A stretch of 64,000 nt of DNA, from positions 1-64,000 of the IMG/VR virus record IMGVR_UViG_3300009111_000005; one strand, given 5' to 3'. This DNA is from a virus (taxonomy: Duplodnaviria > Caudoviricetes). The notes beneath the pieces were generated by a model. The model was not told the DNA's origin and did no database searches. It saw only the letters and a program-made list of their open reading frames with translations. Shown piece by piece: positions 34,991-44,309 of the stretch. Within the stretch, counting starts at the first letter, position 1. Every line of letters begins with the position of its first letter. The translations under genes were made by a program, and so were the position numbers.

Positions 34991-35144
34991 GAGACCAAAT
35001 TATCAAGCTGCGTAGACAAAGTCGAGTTGTGACTAGCGAGCGTAACGCTCGCATAGAGAACTCATAGGAGTTCACTGCTAGTTGGCATCTTCGCCTCGAG
35101 CCAGGCTCCGATGCCCAACAAAGTACGCAGCGGAAGGATGGCAG

Positions 35145-35417
35145 ATGCGCTTTTTTTGTTTACATCGCGTAGAAGACGAGACGGGGGTGTCGGGTAACGG
35201 TGTTGTTGCGTGGGGTACACAGTGGCCCGACGGTTCTGTGTCGATGCGATGGCTCGGCAAAACACCCAGCTTCGTGAGCTACGAAGGGGGTATTGAGCAC
35301 GTTCAAACAGTGCATGGACATCACGGCAAGACGATCATCATCTGGCAGGAATCATGTCGTTGCAAGGATCAGCATGACAGCTCTTCAAGTGGTTCAGGAT
35401 CTTCCGTTCCCGGATGA
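35145..35417 (+). CDS. conserved phage hypothetical protein
   Basis: DETGVSGNGVVAWG...DG.V..RW...VHGH.GKT motif. Confidence 0.7.
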   Translation: MRFFCLHRVEDETGVSGNGVVAWGTQWPDGSVSMRWLGKTPSFVSYEGGIEHVQTVHGHHGKTIIIWQESCRCKDQHDSSSSGSGSSVPG

Positions 35418-37122
35418 CGCAGTCACGGAGACATTCGCGTTCATCGGACGGAAGGGTGCGGGTAAGACGTACGGGGCAGGACGGTTCGTAGAAGAGCTAC
35501 TCGAGATCAAAGCGCAGGTTGTGGTTGTCGATACGGTCGGTAACTGGTATGGGTTGCGCCTCAGCAAGACAGGCAAACGCCAGGGCTACGACCTTCCTGT
35601 GTTCGGAGGCGAGCACGGGGATGTTCCTCTTGAGCGCACTGGCGGCGCACTCGTCGCGGATGTGCTCGTAGACCGGAACGTCTCTGTGGTGCTTGATCTG
35701 ACTCTGTTCAATCAGTCTGCCCGTCAGCAGTTCATGGTGGACTTCGCGGAGCGTCTCTTTCATCGGAAGACGCGTCAGCGTTCACCTATGCACCTTGTGC
35801 TCGAGGAAGCGCAGCGCTTGATCCCGCAGCAGACGCAAGGCAAAGGTGGGCTCATTCCTCGCCTCAAGGGCGCCATGGAAGAGATCGTCCGCATCGGCCG
35901 GAACTATGGCATCGGTTGTTCAATGCTTACCCAGCGGCCTCAGTCGGTCGACAAAGAGGTGCTCAATCAGACTGAGTGTCTTGTGGTGTTCCAGACCGTG
36001 GGCACGCATGAGCGCCGGGCCATCAAGGAGTGGATCGTTGACAAGGGGCTCGATGTAGACCTCATCGATGAACTGCCTTCGCTTCCGGTGGGCACAGCGT
36101 ACGTCTGGTCACCGCAGTGGCTCTCAACGCTGGGCAAGCACAAAGTGCTGCCGAAGCGCACCTACGACACGTCTGCGACGCCAAAACTCGGAATGAAGCG
36201 GCTGCCGCCAAGGCCTCTTTCCCGTGGAGACCTATCAGAGCTTCAAACCGCGATGTCCGAGTCCATCACCAAGGCTGAAGAACACGACCCGAGTGCATTA
36301 CGCCGTAAAGTACAAACGCTCACTGCGGAACTCGCAAAGCTTCGGGCACAAACGCCGGCCGAACCGAAGGTCGAGACACGCGTCAAAGAGAAGTCGGTGC
36401 TCACGGCCAGAGATAGAACGTTGCTTTCACGTTTGTGCAACGTCTTCATGTCTGAAGGAAACCGTCTCGAGCACCTGGTCGAAGGTATGCGTGGTGATGC
36501 GTTGGCTGCATCCAACATTGTGACACACGTACAGCAACTTTTGATTCCTGCATCGCCTACAGCGCTTGCTTCTCTTTCAGTGAAACCGCCTGTTCAACCT
36601 CCGATGAAACAGCCTCGTGCAGTGAAACCGGTGAAGCCTGACGGTGATGTGCAGCTCATCGGTAAGATGCGCGACATGCTTGCTGCTCTCGCAGCTACCA
36701 CAGGTCACACGCTCAGCCGCAAGCAACTGGCCGTCCAAGTGGGCATGAGCGTGAAGTCGGGCGGCTTCAATAACTACGTCGGCATGCTCTCTCGACAGGG
36801 GCTCGTCACGACTGCCAACGGAAACGTCGCGCTCACAGACACGGGGGCGTACCACGCAGAGGGCATCGAGATCGCGCACACGCCTGACGAGGTTTTCGCG
36901 CTGTGGTTGCCCAAGCTCGTGGGCAAGACCAAGGACATTTTGACGTTGCTCTTCAAACACCCAACGCGAATCTTCACACGCGCACAGGTGGCGGAAGAGG
37001 TCGGAATGAGCGTATCCTCGGGTGGCTTCAACAACTACGTGGGGATGCTCAGTAGACTCAATCTCATCGTCACAGGACACGGGTCGATGCGCCTCAACTG
37101 TGACGTGTTCAATCTTTCATGA
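35374..37122 (+). CDS. HerA/FtsK-like (DUF87-type) P-loop ATPase with tandem C-terminal winged-helix repeats
   Basis: Walker A GRKGAGKT, Walker B LVLEEAQ, GRNYG, TQRPQ; repeated GMS..SGGFNNYVGMLSR. Confidence 0.85.
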   Translation: MTALQVVQDLPFPDDAVTETFAFIGRKGAGKTYGAGRFVEELLEIKAQVVVVDTVGNWYGLRLSKTGKRQGYDLPVFGGEHGDVPLERTGGALVADVLVDRNVSVVLDLTLFNQSARQQFMVDFAERLFHRKTRQRSPMHLVLEEAQRLIPQQTQGKGGLIPRLKGAMEEIVRIGRNYGIGCSMLTQRPQSVDKEVLNQTECLVVFQTVGTHERRAIKEWIVDKGLDVDLIDELPSLPVGTAYVWSPQWLSTLGKHKVLPKRTYDTSATPKLGMKRLPPRPLSRGDLSELQTAMSESITKAEEHDPSALRRKVQTLTAELAKLRAQTPAEPKVETRVKEKSVLTARDRTLLSRLCNVFMSEGNRLEHLVEGMRGDALAASNIVTHVQQLLIPASPTALASLSVKPPVQPPMKQPRAVKPVKPDGDVQLIGKMRDMLAALAATTGHTLSRKQLAVQVGMSVKSGGFNNYVGMLSRQGLVTTANGNVALTDTGAYHAEGIEIAHTPDEVFALWLPKLVGKTKDILTLLFKHPTRIFTRAQVAEEVGMSVSSGGFNNYVGMLSRLNLIVTGHGSMRLNCDVFNLS

Positions 37123-37135
37123 CAAGGAGAAAACG

Positions 37136-37372
37136 ATGAGTGAAGCACCCGAGACCCAGGAAGAGACCACCCCGGTGGAGAACAACGAATCGGCTGACGT
37201 GCTGGTCATCGCTTCGAAGGTGAAGGCCTACGTCAAGACACTGGAGCCCACAATGCGTGTGGCCGGTGACTTCGCAGAAGGTCTGACGAGCGAAGTGCAG
37301 TACCTCATCCGACGAGCCATCAGTCGCGCTCGGTTGAACGGACGTGGCACGGTGCAGGCGCGGGACGTGTAG
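37136..37372 (+). CDS. bacterial-type histone-fold protein (Bd0055/HBb-like)
   Basis: VLVIASKVKAYVK...RAISRARLNGRGTVQARDV matches the LVVxSKVK...A..xGRxTVxARD signature; AAGGAG RBS. Confidence 0.85.
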   Translation: MSEAPETQEETTPVENNESADVLVIASKVKAYVKTLEPTMRVAGDFAEGLTSEVQYLIRRAISRARLNGRGTVQARDV

Positions 37373-37373
37373 T

Positions 37374-37886
37374 ATGCCGCTCAAGCATCCTGCACTTCAG
37401 CAGCTCAGCTTGTTGCCCTACGTCACGCTCGATGATGCACGGCAGACTGTCGCGAAAGCTGCGTACGGGAAGAAGGGCACGGTGTGCCCGTGCTGTGCCC
37501 AGATCGCCAAGGTATATACGCGCAAGCTCAATTCAGCGCTCGCACAGTTCCTCATCTGGATCGTGCGTTCCTATGAGGACAATCCTCGCTGGATTCACAT
37601 CCGCGAGTTCCCGATGATTCAGAATCGTCGCGGCGGTGGGGACTTTGCGAAGCTCGTGCACTACGGGCTGCTCGAGCAGCGACCGAACGAAGACGACAAG
37701 AGCAAACGCACGTCTGGGCAATGGAAACCTACCCAGAAGGCGAACGACTTCGTGCACAAGCGCATCAAGTTGCCCGAGTACGTGCAGCTCTACGACAACT
37801 ATGTGCAGGGCTTCGCTACGAAAGAGATCGACATCGAGGCAGCGCTCGGGCAGCAGTTCGACTATCAGGAGCTGATGAGCCGATGA
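37374..37886 (+). CDS. conserved phage protein (CPCC motif, probable winged helix)
   Basis: CPCC; KL.HYGLLE...SG.WKPT. Confidence 0.6.
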   Translation: MPLKHPALQQLSLLPYVTLDDARQTVAKAAYGKKGTVCPCCAQIAKVYTRKLNSALAQFLIWIVRSYEDNPRWIHIREFPMIQNRRGGGDFAKLVHYGLLEQRPNEDDKSKRTSGQWKPTQKANDFVHKRIKLPEYVQLYDNYVQGFATKEIDIEAALGQQFDYQELMSR

Positions 37887-38203
37887 CCGCTCAGTTTGAC
37901 CGTAAACGAGTAGACCGTTTCGTGTCGCGCGTGAAGAACGCGTTTCAGGGCAACGATGTCGATCTGGTGAAGTTCTGGATCTACATCACCTACAACATCA
38001 CGGACGATGCTGGTGTACCGCTCGCAGCGCGTCTCACGCCCGAGGACGAGTCCGGTGATGCGCCCTTGCGTGACACCTGGTTCGGGATGTCCTTGTGGGA
38101 GAAACAGGCGGTGCTCTTCGGTATGGTGCCGCTCATCGAGAGGTGCGCTGCTGTAGCTGCCGAAGCTGTAGCACAGCGTGCACGGAAAGAAGAACCGCTA
38201 TGA
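37883..38203 (+). CDS. hypothetical protein
   Basis: ATGA overlaps at both ends. Confidence 0.6.
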   Translation: MTAQFDRKRVDRFVSRVKNAFQGNDVDLVKFWIYITYNITDDAGVPLAARLTPEDESGDAPLRDTWFGMSLWEKQAVLFGMVPLIERCAAVAAEAVAQRARKEEPL

Positions 38204-38790
38204 AGGCAGAGCAACACGAAGTATCAGACGTGGGCGTCATCGAGACCTTCACCAACAAGTATGTTCCGCCCTTTGATGTCAAACCGGAACACATCTGTAT
38301 TGAAGACATTGCCCACGCGCTCTCGAATCAGTGTCGGTTCTCGGGGCACACGAAGCGCTTCTACTCGGTCGCTGAGCACGCCTGGCTCTGTTCGTACTAC
38401 GCACCGGCGCATCTCGCAGCCGAGGCGCTCATGCATGATGCCGCAGAGGCGTACCTCATCGACATCCCTCGGCCGCTCAAGCTCTACGTGAACTTCTTCA
38501 TCAGCGATGTGCGTCAGTTCAGCTACTACCAGGCTGAAGAGTACGTGCTCAAGGTGATCGGCGCCAAGTACGAGCTGAAGCTGCATCCTCAGTTGGAGAC
38601 GATCACCAAGCTGGACAACGCCCTTCTCGTGCGTGAGTATCTCACCCTCATCAATGAGAACTTGCCACCAGGACTCGTAGGGATGCCCCCACTGGACCTG
38701 ACTACGCAGACGATCGTGGGACATCTTCCGTCGGTAGCGAAAGGCCTCTTCATGGCACGCGCTATCGAGTTGGGCATCGGCCGAAAGTGA
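38200..38790 (+). CDS. HD-domain 5'-deoxynucleotidase (YfbR-like)
   Basis: IEDIAHALS..CRF.GH...FYSVAEH; LMHDAAEAY..DIP.PLK. Confidence 0.85.
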   Translation: MKAEQHEVSDVGVIETFTNKYVPPFDVKPEHICIEDIAHALSNQCRFSGHTKRFYSVAEHAWLCSYYAPAHLAAEALMHDAAEAYLIDIPRPLKLYVNFFISDVRQFSYYQAEEYVLKVIGAKYELKLHPQLETITKLDNALLVREYLTLINENLPPGLVGMPPLDLTTQTIVGHLPSVAKGLFMARAIELGIGRK

Positions 38791-38793
38791 GCC

Positions 38794-39399
38794 ATGAGCG
38801 CAACGAACCGCAAGCAGTCCGCGAAGGCCCACGACAAGTACCCCACGGACATTCGCTTGGTGCAGGCGGCGTTTGACCTGCTTACGGAGCACCATCCGCA
38901 GTTCGTTTCAAACGCGACACTGTTCCTGGAAGCGGGTGCGGGTCGTGGTCCATTCTGTGAGGTCGCGCGCACGTACTGTCGCAATCTTCAGTGTCGTCCG
39001 CTCGGTGTGGAACTGCATCCGGACGTGAAGCGGTTCGACTATCAGCTCATGCAACAGGATTTCTTATGCTGGAAGTCGCCTATACGTTTTGATTTTCAAG
39101 CAACGAATCCTCCTTTCACCTACGCTGAAGACTTCATCCGCAAGGGTCTTGAGATGCTTCAACCGCAGGGCATGATGCTCTACCTCATGCGCATCGGTGT
39201 CGCTGCCAGTGTGGGACGTACCGAACTCTGGGAAGAGGTCATCAAGCTCAAGGAGCTGTGGCTGATTCGGCGAAGGCCAAATTTCAACACGACACGCTCG
39301 GGAAGCTCAGATGCGACCGAGTATGCCTACTTCCTCATGACACATCGCACTCGCGAGAACGCAAAAGTGCCCACCATCTTTCGCTGGCTCGATTGGTGA
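38794..39399 (+). CDS. SAM-dependent amino (N6-adenine-type) DNA methyltransferase
   Basis: LEAGAGRG, DFL, NPPF. Confidence 0.75.
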   Translation: MSATNRKQSAKAHDKYPTDIRLVQAAFDLLTEHHPQFVSNATLFLEAGAGRGPFCEVARTYCRNLQCRPLGVELHPDVKRFDYQLMQQDFLCWKSPIRFDFQATNPPFTYAEDFIRKGLEMLQPQGMMLYLMRIGVAASVGRTELWEEVIKLKELWLIRRRPNFNTTRSGSSDATEYAYFLMTHRTRENAKVPTIFRWLDW

Positions 39400-39402
39400 C
39401 GC

Positions 39403-39588
39403 GTGCCGAAGACAACGCTCGTGTATGCGCAGTCCCTCGAAGACTTCGTGAAAGAGCTTCGCGCTGATGCCAACCGCTTCGAGCGCCACTGGGTGCAACA
39501 GCATAAGACGAAGCCCGATCAGTACCCCATGAAGATGGGCGGCGGGGACTGGTGGGAGCAGTTCTTGGCGTGGCTTGAGACCTCATGA
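39403..39588 (+). CDS. small hypothetical protein
   Basis: tiles. Confidence 0.5.
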   Translation: MPKTTLVYAQSLEDFVKELRADANRFERHWVQQHKTKPDQYPMKMGGGDWWEQFLAWLETS

Positions 39589-39735
39589 TACGGGACTTTG
39601 TCCCGTCCACCCCCAGGTTCAGCGACAGTTTACAAGTTGCATTTCTGCTTGACAGGCCGTCTCTTCTTTTCGATCATGTCCTATCGATAAACATCGAAAA
39701 CCAAGTTTCAGAGACGCCACAAGAAGGAGGCAACC

Positions 39736-40041
39736 ATGAGTGAAACACACACTGAGACGACCCCTGAGTCCACGTCTGCGGCGGCTACTAAACCCACACT
39801 TACTCCCGGAAAAAAGAAGCCAGCGCCTCCCAACGTCGTCAACGCGAAAGACCTCGTGGCTACACGCAGGACAATAGAGCGCCTTTTCAAACACCACAGC
39901 GAGGCCGCGAAAGTTTGGCAGAACGCGCTTCGCGAGCTTCAGCGTCTCGATTCTTCTGTTCAGCGTCTAGCGGGAGGAAACGGAAACACCAATGTTCCTC
40001 TTTCCGATCTGGATGAAGAGAACGTTGAGGTGCCGACATGA
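39736..40041 (+). CDS. hypothetical protein
   Basis: AAGGAGG RBS; TTGACA promoter-like site at about 39646. Confidence 0.65.
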   Translation: MSETHTETTPESTSAAATKPTLTPGKKKPAPPNVVNAKDLVATRRTIERLFKHHSEAAKVWQNALRELQRLDSSVQRLAGGNGNTNVPLSDLDEENVEVPT

Positions 40042-40676
40042 CCGGATACAAAGATCCAAATCTGACGCGCGAACAACGCATCATCATGGACCTGTTCTTT
40101 GATAGACGGCGTTACGCGCGGGCGGCTGAAACGGTGATCGTCAACGGATACATCCCTGCTCAGAGCACCAAGGGTTACATCACATCAGAACAGGAAGTGG
40201 CGTTAGCTCAAGCGGACCTTGTACGCTTGGGTACTTGGTCAGCCAAAACGCTTCACAAAGAAGTCACACGTATGTCCGACGACGTCTACAACCGCGGAAT
40301 GCTTTTGGGTGGTCCGGGCAAAGGATGGCGGTGGTCTCAGCGTGCACGTGATGAGCAACTCGCATCCGAACGTGCTCTGATGGTGTTGCTTGGTTGGTTG
40401 AAACGGATTCGTAATGCGTTTCATCGCATGAGCAATGGAGGTCGTTACGGACCTAAAACAGTGCTGGAACGAGACGCGTACGCGGAGATTCATTCGTTGA
40501 TCTGCCAGTTGATCGACGTCACAAGTGACTTGAAAGAGAAGGCGCGTGCGCGCAAGGCTGCTTTGTTTGGCGAAGTCACCTACGCCGAGGCGCTTGCTGG
40601 CACTTTTGTCCAGGGGATGAGCCAAGCAGAGTGCCAGGTCTACGCGCGCCAGACCAAACAGGAATACCAGCCATGA
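40038..40676 (+). CDS. hypothetical protein
   Basis: ATGA overlap. Confidence 0.6.
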   Translation: MTGYKDPNLTREQRIIMDLFFDRRRYARAAETVIVNGYIPAQSTKGYITSEQEVALAQADLVRLGTWSAKTLHKEVTRMSDDVYNRGMLLGGPGKGWRWSQRARDEQLASERALMVLLGWLKRIRNAFHRMSNGGRYGPKTVLERDAYAEIHSLICQLIDVTSDLKEKARARKAALFGEVTYAEALAGTFVQGMSQAECQVYARQTKQEYQP

Positions 40677-40996
40677 GTGCGCGTCAACGTATCGGTCAGC
40701 GCTACGAAATTCTTCCACCCGTCGGTTTTTTCGAGGCTCAGAGTGTACGCCTTGGGCCTTGGTGGGACTTCCTCAAGAAGTACTATGGTAGTGTGTGTTG
40801 GGAAGAGAAGCGCGGGCTATTCTTGGCTCGCTATCCCAAGTGCAATCGTTGTCCTGCTCCTGCGACGACGGTACATCATCTGAACTACCTTCGTATCGGG
40901 AATGAATACTGGGAGGACCTCGAGTCGCTCTGTTTGCCCTGTCATGAACTGCACCATGGACGGGAGTTCACGTTCTATGTCGCATGCCCTACGTAA
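40673..40996 (+). CDS. HNH endonuclease
   Basis: CNRC...VHHLNY...LESLCLPCHELHH. Confidence 0.8.
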   Translation: MSARQRIGQRYEILPPVGFFEAQSVRLGPWWDFLKKYYGSVCWEEKRGLFLARYPKCNRCPAPATTVHHLNYLRIGNEYWEDLESLCLPCHELHHGREFTFYVACPT

Positions 40997-41423
40997 ACCC
41001 TGTCCAAGATGTGGTCACACGGATGGGTACATTGTAGTCAAGGGAGGACAAGACACCGTTCGGTGTGGACGATGTCATAGTTATCAATATTGCGCACCGA
41101 AGACAGAGACAGGGCGTGCGGTACGGTCCATCGTGACGGTGCATGATGCTGTTGATCGTGACTTGCGTTTGAAGATTCTTTTTCGAGCGACCGGCAAGTG
41201 TGAAATTTGCGGTTGGCGTCCTGCTGAAGAAGAAGGGCTTTGTGTAGGCCATTTGCTAAGCGTCAAAGTGGGCTTTCAGGCGGGTTTGCCGGATGACCTT
41301 CTTAACTCTGAAGAAAATCTAGCTGCAATGTGTTACGCCTGCAACGCTGCAATTGGCGACGGGGTACTCCCTCTTCGTTTGGCAATCGCCATCCTTCAGC
41401 ATCGACGAGAGGAATCTACATGA
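40977..41423 (+). CDS. HNH endonuclease with N-terminal Zn ribbon
   Basis: CPRC, CGRC; CEICG...GH...ENLAAMCYACN. Confidence 0.75.
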   Translation: MSHALRKPCPRCGHTDGYIVVKGGQDTVRCGRCHSYQYCAPKTETGRAVRSIVTVHDAVDRDLRLKILFRATGKCEICGWRPAEEEGLCVGHLLSVKVGFQAGLPDDLLNSEENLAAMCYACNAAIGDGVLPLRLAIAILQHRREEST

Positions 41424-42052
41424 GCGCACGAGACCGAACGCAACTTGCTTCACTAGGTTTTGCCGATCCTGACAAAAAGAATCCTGTGCACGACCTTGCG
41501 TGTCAATACATACATGAAAAGGATACACGGATACGGGTGTGTCAGAAACTCTTCGATAAGGATATGGGGGTGTATTCTTGGGTTCAGACTGAGTATCCGC
41601 TGTCCAAAGGGCAAGGTAGGTATAAAACAACCATTGGATTCCTAGATGTTGTTTTTCCATGGGGTATGGTTGCGTCGCCGGCACTCATGCGAAAAACAAT
41701 TGCAGGACAATCCTGTGGTCTCATCGTTGTTGAAGTGAAAACAACGAAACCGTTAGTCATGGGGGATACCATTCGTCAATTGCGTCTGTATCAAGAGTAT
41801 TGGGTACCTGAGGACCTTGTCCGTAAATTCTGGGAAGAGACACGCCAGTGGGACGTGGGTGCACGTCGTCTTTGTGAGGCAACGTACTGGGTGCTCGCAA
41901 CTACATTTCCTATTTCAAACGCTGAACGCGACTTTCTTTCCAAAGAAGGATTCCACCATGTATTTCTAGGTGATGGTTTTCAACATTGGATCGAAGCGCG
42001 TGAAGACAAGGCCTGCGCAGAAGAAAAGGAAAACTCGTGCGTATCAATCTAG
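41420..42052 (+). CDS. PD-(D/E)XK nuclease-like protein
   Basis: E...GFLDVV...VVEVKT...RQL..Y. Confidence 0.7.
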   Translation: MSARDRTQLASLGFADPDKKNPVHDLACQYIHEKDTRIRVCQKLFDKDMGVYSWVQTEYPLSKGQGRYKTTIGFLDVVFPWGMVASPALMRKTIAGQSCGLIVVEVKTTKPLVMGDTIRQLRLYQEYWVPEDLVRKFWEETRQWDVGARRLCEATYWVLATTFPISNAERDFLSKEGFHHVFLGDGFQHWIEAREDKACAEEKENSCVSI

Positions 42053-43488
42053 CCGGCTTCAACATCGACCGTGACGTCCTCCAGCAACACGTGCCCGCAA
42101 ATGACCCTCGGGCCTTCAATGCGCTGACTCCCGAAACTCTCTCCGCCGCCTACGCCCGCATCAGCCGGGCTCCTGAGCCCGTCGATGAATTACGGCGTAA
42201 AGCCGCGGAGGATGTGGCAGCGGCGAGGACATCGAACGAGAAGATCGTCTTCGGCTACGGGCACGCTTCCGTGGCTGAACACGCGGTCTTCAACTTCGAT
42301 CTCATCGACGTGTCGCGTCTCGCGATTGAAGCTGTTGAGCACGCACGCTTGTGCTCGTACACGGAGAAGTCGCAGCGCTACGTCACCTTCGATCGAGACA
42401 AGGTCGAGTACGTGGTCCCTGAAGAGATCATCGAGGTGGGTCTTCGGAACGAGTTCATGGACTTCATCAAGGAGACCCACGACCAGTACCACTTCATTCT
42501 TGGACGCATCAAGGATCAGGAGCGCCCACAGGGAGGCACTGCGCAAGAAGACGCGAGGTACGTGTCTACGCTCGCGGTAGCTGGTCAGCTCGGGATGACG
42601 TGCAATGCACGCAACCTCGAGACACTCATTCGTCGCTTGGTCGCGCATCCCCTCGAAGAAGTGCGCGGTATCGGTCAGACGCTGTATGTGCGCGCCAAAG
42701 ACGTGGCTCCGTCCTTGCTCAAATACGCTACGCCGGAACCCTTGCGGTTGGCACAGACCAGCAAAGTGCAGGAGGCATTGCGGCTTCAGTGTGCGGGACT
42801 CTTCGCAGCCCCCGCAGAACGAGTCGAGTTGCTCGCGGCCACGGGCAACATGGAGGGCGGGAGCGGGGGAGACCACATCATCTTATCGGCTCTGGTGCAC
42901 CAGGTCTCGCGCGTGCCCTTCGACATGTGCTTTGCGACTGTCGCACGTCTTTCTCCCGAACAGCGCAAGGGACTCATGCTGAACGTCCTCTCCACGATGG
43001 ACGTCTACAGCGCCGCACCGCGCTGCTTCGAAATGTGCGATCTGACCTTTGAGCTGATCGTGTCCGCGAGCTGTTTCGCGCAGCTCAAACGGCATCGGAT
43101 GCTCACACTGCTTCCTCAGATGTACGACCCCTCACTGGGCTACACGATCCCTGCGTCTGTTGCGCAGGACGAGCCTGCCCTCGAACGGTTCAAGGCGGTG
43201 ATGAGGACAGCGGAGGCGTTCTACAAGAAGCTGGCCCGGGTGTGCAACGAATCTCTCGCCGAGTATGTGCTCACCCAGGCGCATCGTCGCCGAGCGCTCG
43301 TGAAGATGAATGCGCGCGAAGCCTACGCGTTCAGCCGCCTCCGCGAAGACAAGCACGCTCAGTGGGAAATTCGTGAAATTGCACAACAAGTGATGGGATT
43401 GGCGCGACGCGTGATGCCTCTGACGATGGCGCTGGCGTGTGGAAAGGACGCCTTCGAAGAATGGCGTAAACAAGTACTTTCCTGTTGA
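42037..43488 (+). CDS. thyX: FAD-dependent thymidylate synthase (tandem-domain ThyX)
   Basis: GHASVAEH, SRLA..., SYTEKSQRYV; second domain QLKRHR...REDKHAQWEIR. Confidence 0.9.
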   Translation: MRINLAGFNIDRDVLQQHVPANDPRAFNALTPETLSAAYARISRAPEPVDELRRKAAEDVAAARTSNEKIVFGYGHASVAEHAVFNFDLIDVSRLAIEAVEHARLCSYTEKSQRYVTFDRDKVEYVVPEEIIEVGLRNEFMDFIKETHDQYHFILGRIKDQERPQGGTAQEDARYVSTLAVAGQLGMTCNARNLETLIRRLVAHPLEEVRGIGQTLYVRAKDVAPSLLKYATPEPLRLAQTSKVQEALRLQCAGLFAAPAERVELLAATGNMEGGSGGDHIILSALVHQVSRVPFDMCFATVARLSPEQRKGLMLNVLSTMDVYSAAPRCFEMCDLTFELIVSASCFAQLKRHRMLTLLPQMYDPSLGYTIPASVAQDEPALERFKAVMRTAEAFYKKLARVCNESLAEYVLTQAHRRRALVKMNAREAYAFSRLREDKHAQWEIREIAQQVMGLARRVMPLTMALACGKDAFEEWRKQVLSC

Positions 43489-43555
43489 CTTGTTCAAGTT
43501 CGAACATCAAAATGGTCATGTTTTTGCCACTAACATGGCAAACTGGACAAGGAGA

Positions 43556-43843
43556 ATGAACATGGCCAAGAACGGACGCGTCAAGAACAAGGATCGCGTG
43601 CTGAAGGCCTGGAAGTCCGCTTCCTGGCCGCCCGCACTCGGAGCGAAGGTTCGTCTCTTCGCCCCCAAGGACTTCCGTGGCAAGGTGGCAAAGGTCATCG
43701 CCGTGGGGGACGAGAAGGCGAAGAACAGCACGCGCAGAGCGCCGAAGGGCAAGATTCGCATCATGTGCGAGTCCTACCAGTTCAGCGTGTCGAAGGAACA
43801 GGTCTTCCCGGCCGATGTCACGCTGAAGCAACTCCAGGGCTAA
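43556..43843 (+). CDS. basic hypothetical protein (KOW/SH3-like)
   Basis: AAGGAG RBS; G.KV......FRGKVAKV. Confidence 0.55.
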   Translation: MNMAKNGRVKNKDRVLKAWKSASWPPALGAKVRLFAPKDFRGKVAKVIAVGDEKAKNSTRRAPKGKIRIMCESYQFSVSKEQVFPADVTLKQLQG

Positions 43844-43883
43844 CGAGTAACGCCACTAGCCCATCGTTTCCAGGAGAGCATCG

Positions 43884-44222
43884 ATGAAACGGCTGTACGT
43901 AGGGAATCTCCCCTACGCGACCACGAAAGAGGATCTCGAGGACCGCTTCGGACAGCATGGTGAACTGACCGACGTGAAGGTCATCACCGATCGTGAGACT
44001 GGGCGCAGCAAGGGTTTCGCCTTCGTGGAGTTCAAGAACGAAGGGGATGCCGAAGCCGCGCTCAGCGAGGATGGGATGGACTTCAACGGACGTCCCATGC
44101 GCGTGAAAGAAGCGGAACAGAAGGAACGTCGCAACAACGATAACGGGCACCGTCAGGAAGGACGTGGTGGGCGGCCCGGAAGTCGTGAAGGTCGTGGTGG
44201 GCGGAGAGACGCACGAGAATAG
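43884..44222 (+). CDS. RRM RNA-binding protein
   Basis: RNP2 LYVGNL, RNP1 KGFAFVEF, Gly/Arg-rich tail. Confidence 0.95.
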   Translation: MKRLYVGNLPYATTKEDLEDRFGQHGELTDVKVITDRETGRSKGFAFVEFKNEGDAEAALSEDGMDFNGRPMRVKEAEQKERRNNDNGHRQEGRGGRPGSREGRGGRRDARE

Positions 44223-44249
44223 CGGCCGGAGCGTACGGTCGTTCGCGAG

Positions 44250-44285
44250 AGCCCGTCATCTCAGTTGAGGTGACGGGCTTTTTTT
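44250..44285 (+). terminator. intrinsic terminator
   Basis: AGCCCGTCATCTCA/TGAGGTGACGGGCT then T run. Confidence 0.85.
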
Positions 44286-44309
44286 ACATTCAACGAAAGG
44301 AAACAGACG

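Noticed and set aside
38200-38790. Z-genome (2-aminoadenine) pathway
   Set aside because: Only a generic YfbR-like HD enzyme is present; no purZ or mazZ in this window.
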